A stretch of DNA of 64,000 nt, from the NCBI GenBank assembly GCA_029265815.1, contig JAJUGU010000002.1:210061-274060 (forward strand), written 5' to 3'. The notes beneath the pieces were generated by a model. That model ran no database searches. It worked only from the letters and a program-made list of their open reading frames with translations, and was not told where the DNA came from. The translations under genes and the position numbers were made by a program. Source of the stretch: Anaerolineaceae bacterium (GTDB taxonomy: Bacteria; Chloroflexota; Anaerolineae; Anaerolineales; Anaerolineaceae). This document shows positions 33,573 to 43,149 of this stretch, piece by piece; within the stretch, counting starts at the first letter, position 1; each line of letters starts with the position of its first letter.

Positions 33573-35123
33573 ATGGGTACAACAAATTTTAAGAAATTGA
33601 TTAATGATTTACCCGTATCATGGACCTGTAATATGGATGTTCCTGACCTTAAGATTTCCACAATCCAATTTGATTCGCGTAAGGTCAATCCTGGAGATTT
33701 ATTTGTTGCAGTATCAGGGGGTTCCATTGACGGTCATAACTTTATCCCCGCGGCCATTGAAAAAGGAGCCGCAGCAGTCGTCGGGACAAAGGACCTTCAA
33801 ATCCACGAGGTCCCTTATATTAAAGTGGTTGATTCACGGGAGGCAATGGCCTATCTGGCCGCTTCTTATTTTGATCACCCAGCACGGAAATTAACAGTTA
33901 TTGGTGTTACCGGAACGGATGGAAAGACCACCACATCGAATCTCATTTATCAGATTCTTAAGGTTGCGGGGGTAAAGGCTGGGATGATTTCAACGGTTAA
34001 CGCTGTGATCGGGGATAAGGAAATTGATACCGGGTTCCATGTAACGACGCCGGAAGCTATTGATGTGCAGCGTTATCTGGCTGATATGGTAGAAGCAGGC
34101 CTGACCACGGTTGTCTTGGAGACCACTTCTCATGGGTTGGCTCAACACCGTGTTACCGGTTGTGAATATGATATTGCCGTTGTCACCAATATCACACATG
34201 AACACCTGGATTATCACGGCACATACGAAAGTTACCAGCAGGCTAAAGGTAAGATGTTCGAATCACTCGCGCTTACACAACCAAAGAAGAATGGAAACCC
34301 AAAGCTGGCGGTTTTGAATGAAGATGACCAATCGTTTTCATATCTGGATTCATTAGCTCTAGAAAATCGGGTTACTTATGGGCTGGAAGGAAAGGGGGAT
34401 ATCACAGCGGTTGATATCGTCAGTTCCTCCAAAGGGGTTGATTTTTTGGTTCGGGGAAAGAGTTTTGAACAGAGGATGCACTGCAACTTACCTGGCAGAT
34501 ACAATGTTTCTAATTGCCTCGCAGCTGTGTCTGCAGCTTTAGGGCTGGGAATCGCTCCGCAGGTTATTGCCAGAGGGATTTCATCATTGCAGGGTGTTCC
34601 GGGGCGAATGGAGGTGATCGATCTTGGACAGCCATTCGATGCTATTGTTGATTTTGCGCACACCCCGAATGCACTCAAACGGGCGATCGAAACTGCACGT
34701 GAAATGACAAAAGGGTGCGTGATAACGGTATTTGGATCTGCAGGTTTACGCGACCGTCAGAAAAGGCGCATGATGGCGGAAGTGTCGGTTAAACTGGCTG
34801 ACATTACCATTCTCACTGCCGAAGATCCACGCACAGAGTCGTTAGATGCCATCCTTTCGCAAATGGCAGACGCAGCTGAAGCAGCCGGTGGCATTGAGAA
34901 CAAGACCTTCTACCGCGTCCCAGATCGAGGTAATGCCATACGTCTGGGTGTGAAACTCGCTAAACCAGGAGACCTGGTGATTTCGTGTGGTAAGGGACAT
35001 GAGCAGTCGATGTGTTTTGAAACGGTTGAGTTTGCATGGGACGATCGAATTGCCATGCGTGCCGCGCTGGCAGAATTACTCCATAAGGATGGCCCGGAAA
35101 TGCCGGTTCTACCAACTTCATAA
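33573..35123 (+). CDS. murE: UDP-N-acetylmuramoyl-L-alanyl-D-glutamate--2,6-diaminopimelate ligase
   Basis: It carries the Mur ligase P-loop GVTGTDGKTTT, plus DSRKVNPGDLFVA and the TAEDPRTE motif. The ORF is open from TTG 33558; I prefer ATG 33573. Confidence 0.9.
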   Translation: MGTTNFKKLINDLPVSWTCNMDVPDLKISTIQFDSRKVNPGDLFVAVSGGSIDGHNFIPAAIEKGAAAVVGTKDLQIHEVPYIKVVDSREAMAYLAASYFDHPARKLTVIGVTGTDGKTTTSNLIYQILKVAGVKAGMISTVNAVIGDKEIDTGFHVTTPEAIDVQRYLADMVEAGLTTVVLETTSHGLAQHRVTGCEYDIAVVTNITHEHLDYHGTYESYQQAKGKMFESLALTQPKKNGNPKLAVLNEDDQSFSYLDSLALENRVTYGLEGKGDITAVDIVSSSKGVDFLVRGKSFEQRMHCNLPGRYNVSNCLAAVSAALGLGIAPQVIARGISSLQGVPGRMEVIDLGQPFDAIVDFAHTPNALKRAIETAREMTKGCVITVFGSAGLRDRQKRRMMAEVSVKLADITILTAEDPRTESLDAILSQMADAAEAAGGIENKTFYRVPDRGNAIRLGVKLAKPGDLVISCGKGHEQSMCFETVEFAWDDRIAMRAALAELLHKDGPEMPVLPTS

Positions 35124-35144
35124 TCACATTTGAATGGAATAAGA

Positions 35145-35180
35145 AGAGGGTTTAAGTGCACTGACTTAAAACCCTCTTTT
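35145..35180. terminator. Bidirectional terminator between the convergent murE and GyrI-like genes
   Basis: agagggtttaagt-gcactg-acttaaaaccctct forms a 13-bp stem with a 1-nt bulge. It is flanked by A-rich and T-rich runs. Confidence 0.75.
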
Positions 35181-35193
35181 CGTTTAACTCGGA

Positions 35194-35676
35194 TTATTTC
35201 GTGATCGGCATGTACAGGTCCAGTGATATCCTTCCCTCAGCAAGCAGGTCAATAAAATTCTTTTTTCCTTCTCCCAATTGTTCTTCAAGCCATTGGTGAT
35301 GCCCAAGCCGGTATGGACTGCTTTCGAGCCATGTGGTCAGGGTTTTCCAGGCTTCTGGGATGAATTTGTCTGCATCTGCCAGTAATCCACTGCAGTGCGA
35401 CACAGCGTATAAGCCGCCTGCAAAGAATTTAACATCTGACACAACTTCTTTTACTTCTGTGGGAATTTCAACCCAAATTTCATAACCATAATTATCGCTT
35501 CCGGGGGCAGGATCAGGATTGTTGAAACCGAAATAACGGCTGGTACCAATTTTTGATTGGTTCTGCTTCAACCACTCTTGCACTTTGCCGATGACCTGTA
35601 ATTCGGGTGAGCTGCCGAACCCATAAAAATTCAAATAATGAAAAGCTGGTAATTCAGCAATGCGAATTTCTTCCAT
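35194..35676 (-). CDS. GyrI-like / AraC-effector-binding-domain small-molecule-binding protein
   Basis: The size (160 aa) and pattern fit: IRIAELPAFHYL..., YEIWVEIP, YAVSHCSG. It is divergently paired with a WYL regulator, which is a common pairing. Confidence 0.5.
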   Translation of the reverse strand: MEEIRIAELPAFHYLNFYGFGSSPELQVIGKVQEWLKQNQSKIGTSRYFGFNNPDPAPGSDNYGYEIWVEIPTEVKEVVSDVKFFAGGLYAVSHCSGLLADADKFIPEAWKTLTTWLESSPYRLGHHQWLEEQLGEGKKNFIDLLAEGRISLDLYMPITK

Positions 35677-35791
35677 TTCAATCCTCCTTTTGATTAATCG
35701 ATGAAATCATCATGTGATAATTTCAATTGTAAATATAATAAGTGTCATCAAATGACAGTTAAATTTTAGTTATCACAAAAAGGCTTTTAAA

Positions 35792-36748
35792 ATGAGAGCT
35801 GACCGGCTGATCAATATCGTTTTATTGCTTCAACAAAAGAAAAAGATGCATGTCAGTGATCTGGCGCGAGAACTGGATGTTTCGCCACGTACGATTTATC
35901 GGGATCTGCTGGTGTTGAGTTCAAGTGGTTTTCCGGTTTATGCGCAAAAAGGGCCTGGCGGTGGATGCTGTATTGTTGAGGAGTACCAGAGTTCATTTTC
36001 GAGGTTCACCCCCGCGGAACTCGATGCCTTGCGAATGATCAATCTCCCCGAAACGCTTGCTTCAATCGAAGCAGGCAAAATTCTCCAGCGTGCTTTACTA
36101 AAACTTAATGCTAGCAGATCTCATGAGCTTCCATTGGAGTCGTACCTTCATCTTGATTGGAATCCGTGGCAGCACGATGAAAAAACATCTCTCAATTTTT
36201 TAAATAAACTTTACTTTGCTGCAAAAAAGCACTTCAGAGTAAGGATTAAATACTTTCTGTGGAATCACGTTGAGATTGACCAGGTTATCGACCCCTACGG
36301 AATTGTTGCCAAGGCAGGAGATTGGTATTTCGTCTACATGGTCAATGGGAACTTCCGTTATCATCGAGCGCGGAATCTTAATTGTGTTGAAATACTTGAT
36401 GAGACCTATGTCAGAGAAACCGGTCTTCGTCTTGAAGAAGTATGGAAAGAGTTAACGACTTCCATGAAAAGCGAGGGGGAAGGGTACCACGTGAGAATTA
36501 AAGCCACCCCTTCAGCGGTAACCATCATCAAAGGCAGTTATTGGGATTATCCCTTTAAGGTAATTTTTTGCAGTGATACTACTGAACCTGACGGACGATT
36601 CAGGATGGACCTCCAGTTCGATTATCTGCCGTCTGCCAGAACTTTTCTTTTGGGACTAGGTGGATCAGTTGAGGTACTTGAGCCTGACCCTTTGCGATGG
36701 AGTATGGCTGATTTTGCCCGGCAGGTATTAATCAGGTATTTGGAATGA
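35792..36748 (+). CDS. HTH-WYL domain transcriptional regulator (YafY-like)
   Basis: 318 aa with the N-terminal HTH MRADRLINIVLLLQQKKKMHVSDLARELDVSPRTIYRDL. The central WYL-like segment is GDWYFVYMV. Confidence 0.8.
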   Translation: MRADRLINIVLLLQQKKKMHVSDLARELDVSPRTIYRDLLVLSSSGFPVYAQKGPGGGCCIVEEYQSSFSRFTPAELDALRMINLPETLASIEAGKILQRALLKLNASRSHELPLESYLHLDWNPWQHDEKTSLNFLNKLYFAAKKHFRVRIKYFLWNHVEIDQVIDPYGIVAKAGDWYFVYMVNGNFRYHRARNLNCVEILDETYVRETGLRLEEVWKELTTSMKSEGEGYHVRIKATPSAVTIIKGSYWDYPFKVIFCSDTTEPDGRFRMDLQFDYLPSARTFLLGLGGSVEVLEPDPLRWSMADFARQVLIRYLE

Positions 36749-36757
36749 TATAAAAGA

Positions 36758-36783
36758 GGATTTTCTGTTTTATCAGAAAATCC
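36758..36783. terminator. Hairpin between the convergent WYL-regulator gene and pnp
   Basis: ggattttctg-ttttat-cagaaaatcc forms a 10-bp stem flanked by A/T-rich sequence. Confidence 0.6.
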
Positions 36784-36823
36784 ACTTTTATAATTTAATT
36801 TATACGAATAAATCAGGTACTGA

Positions 36824-39076
36824 TTATTTTCTTAATCCACTATTGCGGTCTCCACCAGAACGGCCGCCGTATGATGATCTGCCGCCGCCGCGGCGATCAC
36901 CACCGCGTCTATCGCTTCCAGAACGCGGACGACCGCCACCGCTCTTGCCGCCCTTATCGTGTTCAAGGGCTTCTTCCGGCGTCCAGCCTTCCAAAACAGC
37001 CTGTCGTGAAAGGCGAATCTTGCCATTCTCATCGATCGCGGTGACCATTACCGTTAATTCATCGCCCATTTTAACCACATCTTCTACCTTTTCAACACGT
37101 TCAGAGTCGAGCTGGGAGATATGAACCATGCCGTCAATTCCGGGTAGGATCTGCACGAAGGCGCCGAAATCAGCAATGCGAACAACTTTGCCGGTGTAGA
37201 TGTGGCCAATTTGAGCACTTTCGGTAAGCGACTCGATGCGTTCGCGGGCAGCAGCCTCACTGACACCATCCGTGGCTGCAATATATACCGTGCCGTCATC
37301 ATCGATATCAATCTTAGTGTTGGTTTCTTCCTGGATGGCGCGAATGGTTTTGCCTCCGGGGCCGATGATGGCACCAATTTTATCGACAGGTACATTTACA
37401 GTGGTGATACGGGGAACGAACGAGCGAAGTTCTGGCCTGGGCACAGGGATGACCTCAAGCATTTTATCAAGGATAAACATGCGTGCGTCATGAGCCTGTT
37501 GGAGTGCCTGGCGCATAATCTCGGCAGTAATTCCCTTAATCTTGATATCCATTTGCAGAGCGGTGATGCCTTTGGTGGTACCGGCAACCTTGAAGTCCAT
37601 ATCTCCAAGATGATCCTCCGCTCCCTGAATGTCAGTCAGGATTACATATCGGTCACCTTCTTTAATCAGTCCCATAGCGACTCCTGCTACAGGGGCTTTA
37701 ATGGGTACACCAGTATCCATTAAAGCAAGGGTAGAGCCGCAAACAGATGCCATCGAAGAAGAACCGTTAGAAGCCAATACCTCAGAGACAAGGCGCAAAG
37801 TGTACGGAAATTCCTTTTCAGATGGGATAACTGGTACGAGGGCGCGTTCCGCGAGTGCTCCGTGGCCGATCTCACGCCTTGATTGTCCGCGCAGCATTTT
37901 AACCTCACCGGTGGAATATGGCGGGAAGTTGTAATGGTGCATGTAGCGTTTGGTGTCATTAGGGGTAAGGGTATCGATTTCTTGCGCTTCTTTTGGGGTA
38001 CCCAGAGTGGCCAGGGTAAGAACCTGGGTTTCACCGCGAGTGAACAAACCAGAACCATGAGCGCGCGGGCTGATGCCAACTTCACACCAGATAGGACGGA
38101 TTTCGGTAAGTTTGCGTCCATCGGGGCGTTTATTTTGATCAAGTATGCGTGAACGAACAATGCGCTTATAGGTCTCTTCGAATGCTTCTTTGTATTTAGC
38201 GATTTCCTCGAGGTCTTCTGGATCGGTGTATTCAAGGATAATTGTCTCACGCAGGGCATCAATGGCATCCTGGAGCTCGTGTTTACCGTGTAAGGTATCG
38301 AGAATCTCGTTCATCTCGCTGGCTGACCGGTTGGTCACCTTTTCAACCAGTGTTTCATCGAGAGTATAGAGAGTTACTTCGCGTTTGGGTTTGCCCATTT
38401 CTTTGGCCATTTCCAGCTGCGTTTCCACGATCGATTGGATCGCTTCGTGACCGTAAAGCAGGGCAGAGACCATTGTTTCTTCATCGATCTCGTTGGAACC
38501 AGATTCAACCATAAGGATTGCATCCGATGTGCCAGCGATGCGTAGGTCGAGATCAGATTCATCAATCTGGGCAAAGGTTGGATTCAGGATGAACTCGCCA
38601 TTGATACGCCCGACACGCACCGCACCCACAGGCCCTGCCCATGGGATATCAGAAATCATCAATGCCGCTGATGCTGCGTTGATCGCCAGGATATCGAGGG
38701 GGTTTTCCCAATCTGCCGAGAGGGAAAACATGATAACCTGAACTTCGTTGCGGATGTCTTTGTTGAAGAGAGGGCGCAACGGCCGGTCAGTCAGACGCGA
38801 AATTAAAATGGCGTCAGTACCGGGGCGGCCTTCACGGCGGAAGAAAGAACCGGGGATGCGTCCTCCGGCATACATCCGTTCTTCATATTCAACCGTCAGG
38901 GGAAAGAAGTCTTGACCCTGACGGGGCTCATTCCCCATCGTAGCCGCAGCAAAGACGACAGAGTCGCCGAAGCGCACGGTAACCGAACCTCCGGCTTGAG
39001 CGGCAAGCTTACCGGATTCAAACGTCAAAGGACGACCACCGACGGTGGTTATAAATTTTTTACTTTCTGGTTTCAT
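36824..39076 (-). CDS. pnp: Polyribonucleotide nucleotidyltransferase (PNPase)
   Basis: 750 aa with two RNase PH-like halves, KH (GPGGKTIRAIQEET) and S1 (GKVVRIADFGAFVQILPGIDGMVHISQL). It lies downstream of rpsO. It has an extra Arg/Gly-rich C-terminal tail. Confidence 0.95.
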   Translation of the reverse strand: MKPESKKFITTVGGRPLTFESGKLAAQAGGSVTVRFGDSVVFAAATMGNEPRQGQDFFPLTVEYEERMYAGGRIPGSFFRREGRPGTDAILISRLTDRPLRPLFNKDIRNEVQVIMFSLSADWENPLDILAINAASAALMISDIPWAGPVGAVRVGRINGEFILNPTFAQIDESDLDLRIAGTSDAILMVESGSNEIDEETMVSALLYGHEAIQSIVETQLEMAKEMGKPKREVTLYTLDETLVEKVTNRSASEMNEILDTLHGKHELQDAIDALRETIILEYTDPEDLEEIAKYKEAFEETYKRIVRSRILDQNKRPDGRKLTEIRPIWCEVGISPRAHGSGLFTRGETQVLTLATLGTPKEAQEIDTLTPNDTKRYMHHYNFPPYSTGEVKMLRGQSRREIGHGALAERALVPVIPSEKEFPYTLRLVSEVLASNGSSSMASVCGSTLALMDTGVPIKAPVAGVAMGLIKEGDRYVILTDIQGAEDHLGDMDFKVAGTTKGITALQMDIKIKGITAEIMRQALQQAHDARMFILDKMLEVIPVPRPELRSFVPRITTVNVPVDKIGAIIGPGGKTIRAIQEETNTKIDIDDDGTVYIAATDGVSEAAARERIESLTESAQIGHIYTGKVVRIADFGAFVQILPGIDGMVHISQLDSERVEKVEDVVKMGDELTVMVTAIDENGKIRLSRQAVLEGWTPEEALEHDKGGKSGGGRPRSGSDRRGGDRRGGGRSSYGGRSGGDRNSGLRK

Positions 39077-39192
39077 TTTGTCTCCTAAATATCCTATCCC
39101 GCCTGGTTAGGAACTGAAAATTGCCGGGGACGATGTCCGTCCTCACCATTTTTCAATACCCAACCGGCGGTGAAATGTTTCCGCATCCTCTA

Positions 39193-39228
39193 GGAAAAAT
39201 CAAAACGAGTAGATGGCATCTACTCGTT
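39193..39228 (-). terminator. Hairpin/attenuator between rpsO and pnp
   Basis: On the minus strand, aacgagtagat-gcc-atctactcgtt (11-bp stem) is followed by TTTGATTTTT. This is the classical position of the rpsO terminator / pnp leader structure. Confidence 0.75.
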
Positions 39229-39239
39229 AAGTTCCTGCC

Positions 39240-39512
39240 TTACTTCGTGCGGATGTTTAGTTTTTCGGTAATGGCTGCGAACCTGGCGAAGTCTGTTCGG
39301 CGCAAGTAAGCCAACAGTCTCCGGCGCTGCCCTACCATTTTTAGCAGTCCGCGGCGTGAGGAATTATCCAATTTGTTCGCGCGCAGGTGCTCGGTCAGTT
39401 GCCTGATGCGGAAAGTGAGGATGGCGATTTGAACATCAGCCGAACCTGTGTCCGTATCATGCAGGTGGTACTCATTGATCAATTTTTGTTTCTCTTCCTT
39501 TGTCAATCCCAT
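39240..39512 (-). CDS. rpsO: 30S ribosomal protein S15
   Basis: 90 aa with [42 protein letters not shown]. Confidence 0.95.
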   Translation of the reverse strand: MGLTKEEKQKLINEYHLHDTDTGSADVQIAILTFRIRQLTEHLRANKLDNSSRRGLLKMVGQRRRLLAYLRRTDFARFAAITEKLNIRTK

Positions 39513-39590
39513 GACAGTTGCTCCTTAAAATTTATTTTGCAAGTCGCCATGCCCACAGAAGCTCCGCAGACAGGTCGAGTCATCGACAAA

Positions 39591-39599
39591 ATTATACCA
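39591..39599 (-). promoter_or_regulatory. Candidate extended -10 promoter of rpsO
   Basis: The minus strand reads TGGTATAAT (the plus strand is attatacca). It lies about 80 nt upstream of ATG 39512. The -35 element is weak. Confidence 0.35.
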
Positions 39600-39645
39600 G
39601 AGGGTTGATGTTGTGCACAGAGTTTTCTGATGTCAGACAAATGAC

Positions 39646-40461
39646 TCATTTATTAAGGTTTTCATTGCTGCGTAGAAAATTTCTCAGCGAGTTCTGAGCG
39701 TCTGGAGAAAAATTGTCAAGCGAACGTCTGATAAAACGTCCAAGCGAAGGATTCTTTGATCTGGCAATGATCTGTTTAAGAAAATAGACTGTCTCTACTT
39801 CAGACCGTCTGGCCAGATGTTCAAGGGTGATTTGCAAATCATATTGTAAATCAACATCCAGACTGGAAATGAGAGGGTTCAAAAAGGTATAGATGGCAGG
39901 AAGATTTAGATAGTGGTGATCATCGATCAAGGGGATTAAGCCTTGTATCGAAAGCTTAACCTGCCAAAGTTGATGAGAATCTCTCCATTTTTCCAGAACT
40001 GTCAGCCAGGTCTGAGGGTCATCTTTGCGTAATGTCACAGATGCGTACTTGTGAAGATAGGGCAAAAGTAGAGCGTCGTTAGGGTTTGCAGACCACTCGA
40101 TAATTCGAAATATCACCGATTCTTTCTCTGAAAGGGGGTATTTACCCAGCAAGACTGCAGCCAATTGCCGAATTTCTAATTCTGGTTGGTGCCAGAGTTG
40201 ATCAAGAATCTGCATGAGTTTTTCGGGTTGACTGATGCAATAACCGGTGAGGGCAGATTCCAACTCTCGGTTTAACAGTGGAGGAGTATTGAATGCCGGT
40301 TGTGAATGGATCTCAATGTGATAACTCGCGAGCGGAAAGGTGCGGTTAGAGTAAAGAGAGTATATTTCTCGCAGACCTGTGATAAAGGCAGCAGGTTGAT
40401 CAAATGACTTGCAGAGCAGTGCAATCCGGGTCCGTAAACGAATGAGATCGATAGCCGGCAT
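39646..40461 (-). CDS. Hypothetical all-helical (HEAT/ARM-like) protein, possibly of the DNA-alkylation-repair-like fold
   Basis: 271 aa with a repetitive helical pattern. It is the last gene of the proS operon. The family call is weak. Confidence 0.3.
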   Translation of the reverse strand: MPAIDLIRLRTRIALLCKSFDQPAAFITGLREIYSLYSNRTFPLASYHIEIHSQPAFNTPPLLNRELESALTGYCISQPEKLMQILDQLWHQPELEIRQLAAVLLGKYPLSEKESVIFRIIEWSANPNDALLLPYLHKYASVTLRKDDPQTWLTVLEKWRDSHQLWQVKLSIQGLIPLIDDHHYLNLPAIYTFLNPLISSLDVDLQYDLQITLEHLARRSEVETVYFLKQIIARSKNPSLGRFIRRSLDNFSPDAQNSLRNFLRSNENLNK

Positions 40462-40475
40462 TCTTCCAACCAGGT

Positions 40476-41915
<1,440 letters not shown>

Positions 41916-41933
41916 TCATTCCTGATGATGAAT

Positions 41934-42482
41934 TTATGATTTCGAAAACGAATTCTGGTTAATGATTTCAAATGCTGTGCCTACATCTGGGGCGATTTGA
42001 ATCAGATTGCGTTCTTTGTACCCCACATAACACCCAAGTGAGTCAAGAAATTGCGAGATGACCTTCTGCCAGTCGCTTCCGACAAGGATCAGTTTACGGG
42101 GTATACCGCCATTGACAATAAGTTCATTCCACATGACGAGCATTTCGGCCATGGTACCAACACCACCCGGCATGACCACAGCGGCATCACATTGATCAAT
42201 TAACGCGTACATCCGTTCGCGCAGGGTGGAATATTTCCTCTCCTCCGTGACCCATTGATTGGCTTTTGCATCGCGGTATTTTTCAATTTCTAAGCAGGTC
42301 GCGCCGATCACATGTCCACCGGCTTCTCTCGCTCCACGCGAAGCGGCTTCCATGATCCCGATATATCCACCGGTCATGACTGTATGTCCATGCGCTGCTA
42401 AAAGACTGCCCAGGCGCAATGCATCTTGATAGGCTTGATCACCAGGCCTGGCAGAAGCTCCGCCAAAAACAGCCACTTTCAT
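41934..42482 (-). CDS. LOG / TIGR00730-like Rossmann-fold nucleotide-binding protein (putative nucleotide phosphoribohydrolase)
   Basis: 182 aa with VFGGAS..., TGGYIGIMEAASRGA and the PGGVGTMAEM motif. Confidence 0.75.
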   Translation of the reverse strand: MKVAVFGGASARPGDQAYQDALRLGSLLAAHGHTVMTGGYIGIMEAASRGAREAGGHVIGATCLEIEKYRDAKANQWVTEERKYSTLRERMYALIDQCDAAVVMPGGVGTMAEMLVMWNELIVNGGIPRKLILVGSDWQKVISQFLDSLGCYVGYKERNLIQIAPDVGTAFEIINQNSFSKS

Positions 42483-42808
42483 TTTGATTCCTCCAATTCA
42501 GGTTTTCCTGAATCCCAGGTGCGGTTGTAGTTTTTTCTCAATTTAGTGAGGATGGCTTGTTCCAAATCGATACCACTGATGCTGGATAATTGGAGCAGGT
42601 ATAATGCCACGTCAGCCAATTCATCCTGCAATTTATCAAGTTCTGCTGCATTCTCTCCCCATTGGAAATGTTCTAATACCTCTGTTGCTTCGAGTACCAG
42701 CGAAATTGCCAGATTGCGCGGGGTTTGACTTCGCGGGCTTTCATCTTTGTACCATCCCTTGGCTGTCACAAAGCGATGCATTTCATCGGTGAGCTGCTTC
42801 AAATTCAT
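42479..42808 (-). CDS. MazG-like all-alpha nucleoside triphosphate pyrophosphohydrolase
   Basis: 109 aa with LVLEATEVLEHFQW and ELADVALYLLQL (EExxE/D-type helices). It has 4-nt ATGA overlaps with both neighbours. Confidence 0.7.
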   Translation of the reverse strand: MNLKQLTDEMHRFVTAKGWYKDESPRSQTPRNLAISLVLEATEVLEHFQWGENAAELDKLQDELADVALYLLQLSSISGIDLEQAILTKLRKNYNRTWDSGKPELEESK

Positions 42809-43083
42809 AAAATTTCACCTTTGATCACATTAAGGGCTGACTGAGCTGATTTGACCTGTTCTGGGTGCCAGCCTTCTTCAGACACCATTCGTTCTAAATG
42901 GTTGAACACGGTTTTTTGACTCTCAGCATCGAGGGAATGGAAAGTGTTAAGAATTCTTTCTCTTTCGCGAGAGAGAATGCCATCCCATGCTTGCTCGAGA
43001 AAACTGGATGATGCAGCCAAGATTATACCTGTTAGTTTAATATGATCACTAATCTTACCATAGGTGATCGTTGATCGTTCCAA
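42805..43083 (-). CDS. Hypothetical protein
   Basis: 92 aa and helical. It is the first gene of the overlapping triplet. I recognised no family. Confidence 0.4.
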   Translation of the reverse strand: MERSTITYGKISDHIKLTGIILAASSSFLEQAWDGILSRERERILNTFHSLDAESQKTVFNHLERMVSEEGWHPEQVKSAQSALNVIKGEIL

Positions 43084-43093
43084 GAAGGGGTGT

Positions 43094-43129
43094 AAAAATA
43101 AAAAACTGGACGGGATCGATCCCGTCCAG
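43094..43129 (-). terminator. Rho-independent terminator of the EF-G paralogue gene
   Basis: On the minus strand, ctggacggga-tcga-tcccgtccag (10-bp stem) is followed by TTTTTTATTTT. Confidence 0.85.
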
Positions 43130-43149
43130 CCTGAAATTTTTGTGAATAC

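Noticed and set aside
36843-38741. Many 60-180-aa ORFs on both strands inside pnp (for example 37202-37723 +, 37720-38268 -, 38242-38514 +).
   Set aside because: All lie within the unambiguous 750-aa PNPase CDS. The relatively GC-rich sequence gives long spurious open frames. None has a recognisable motif.
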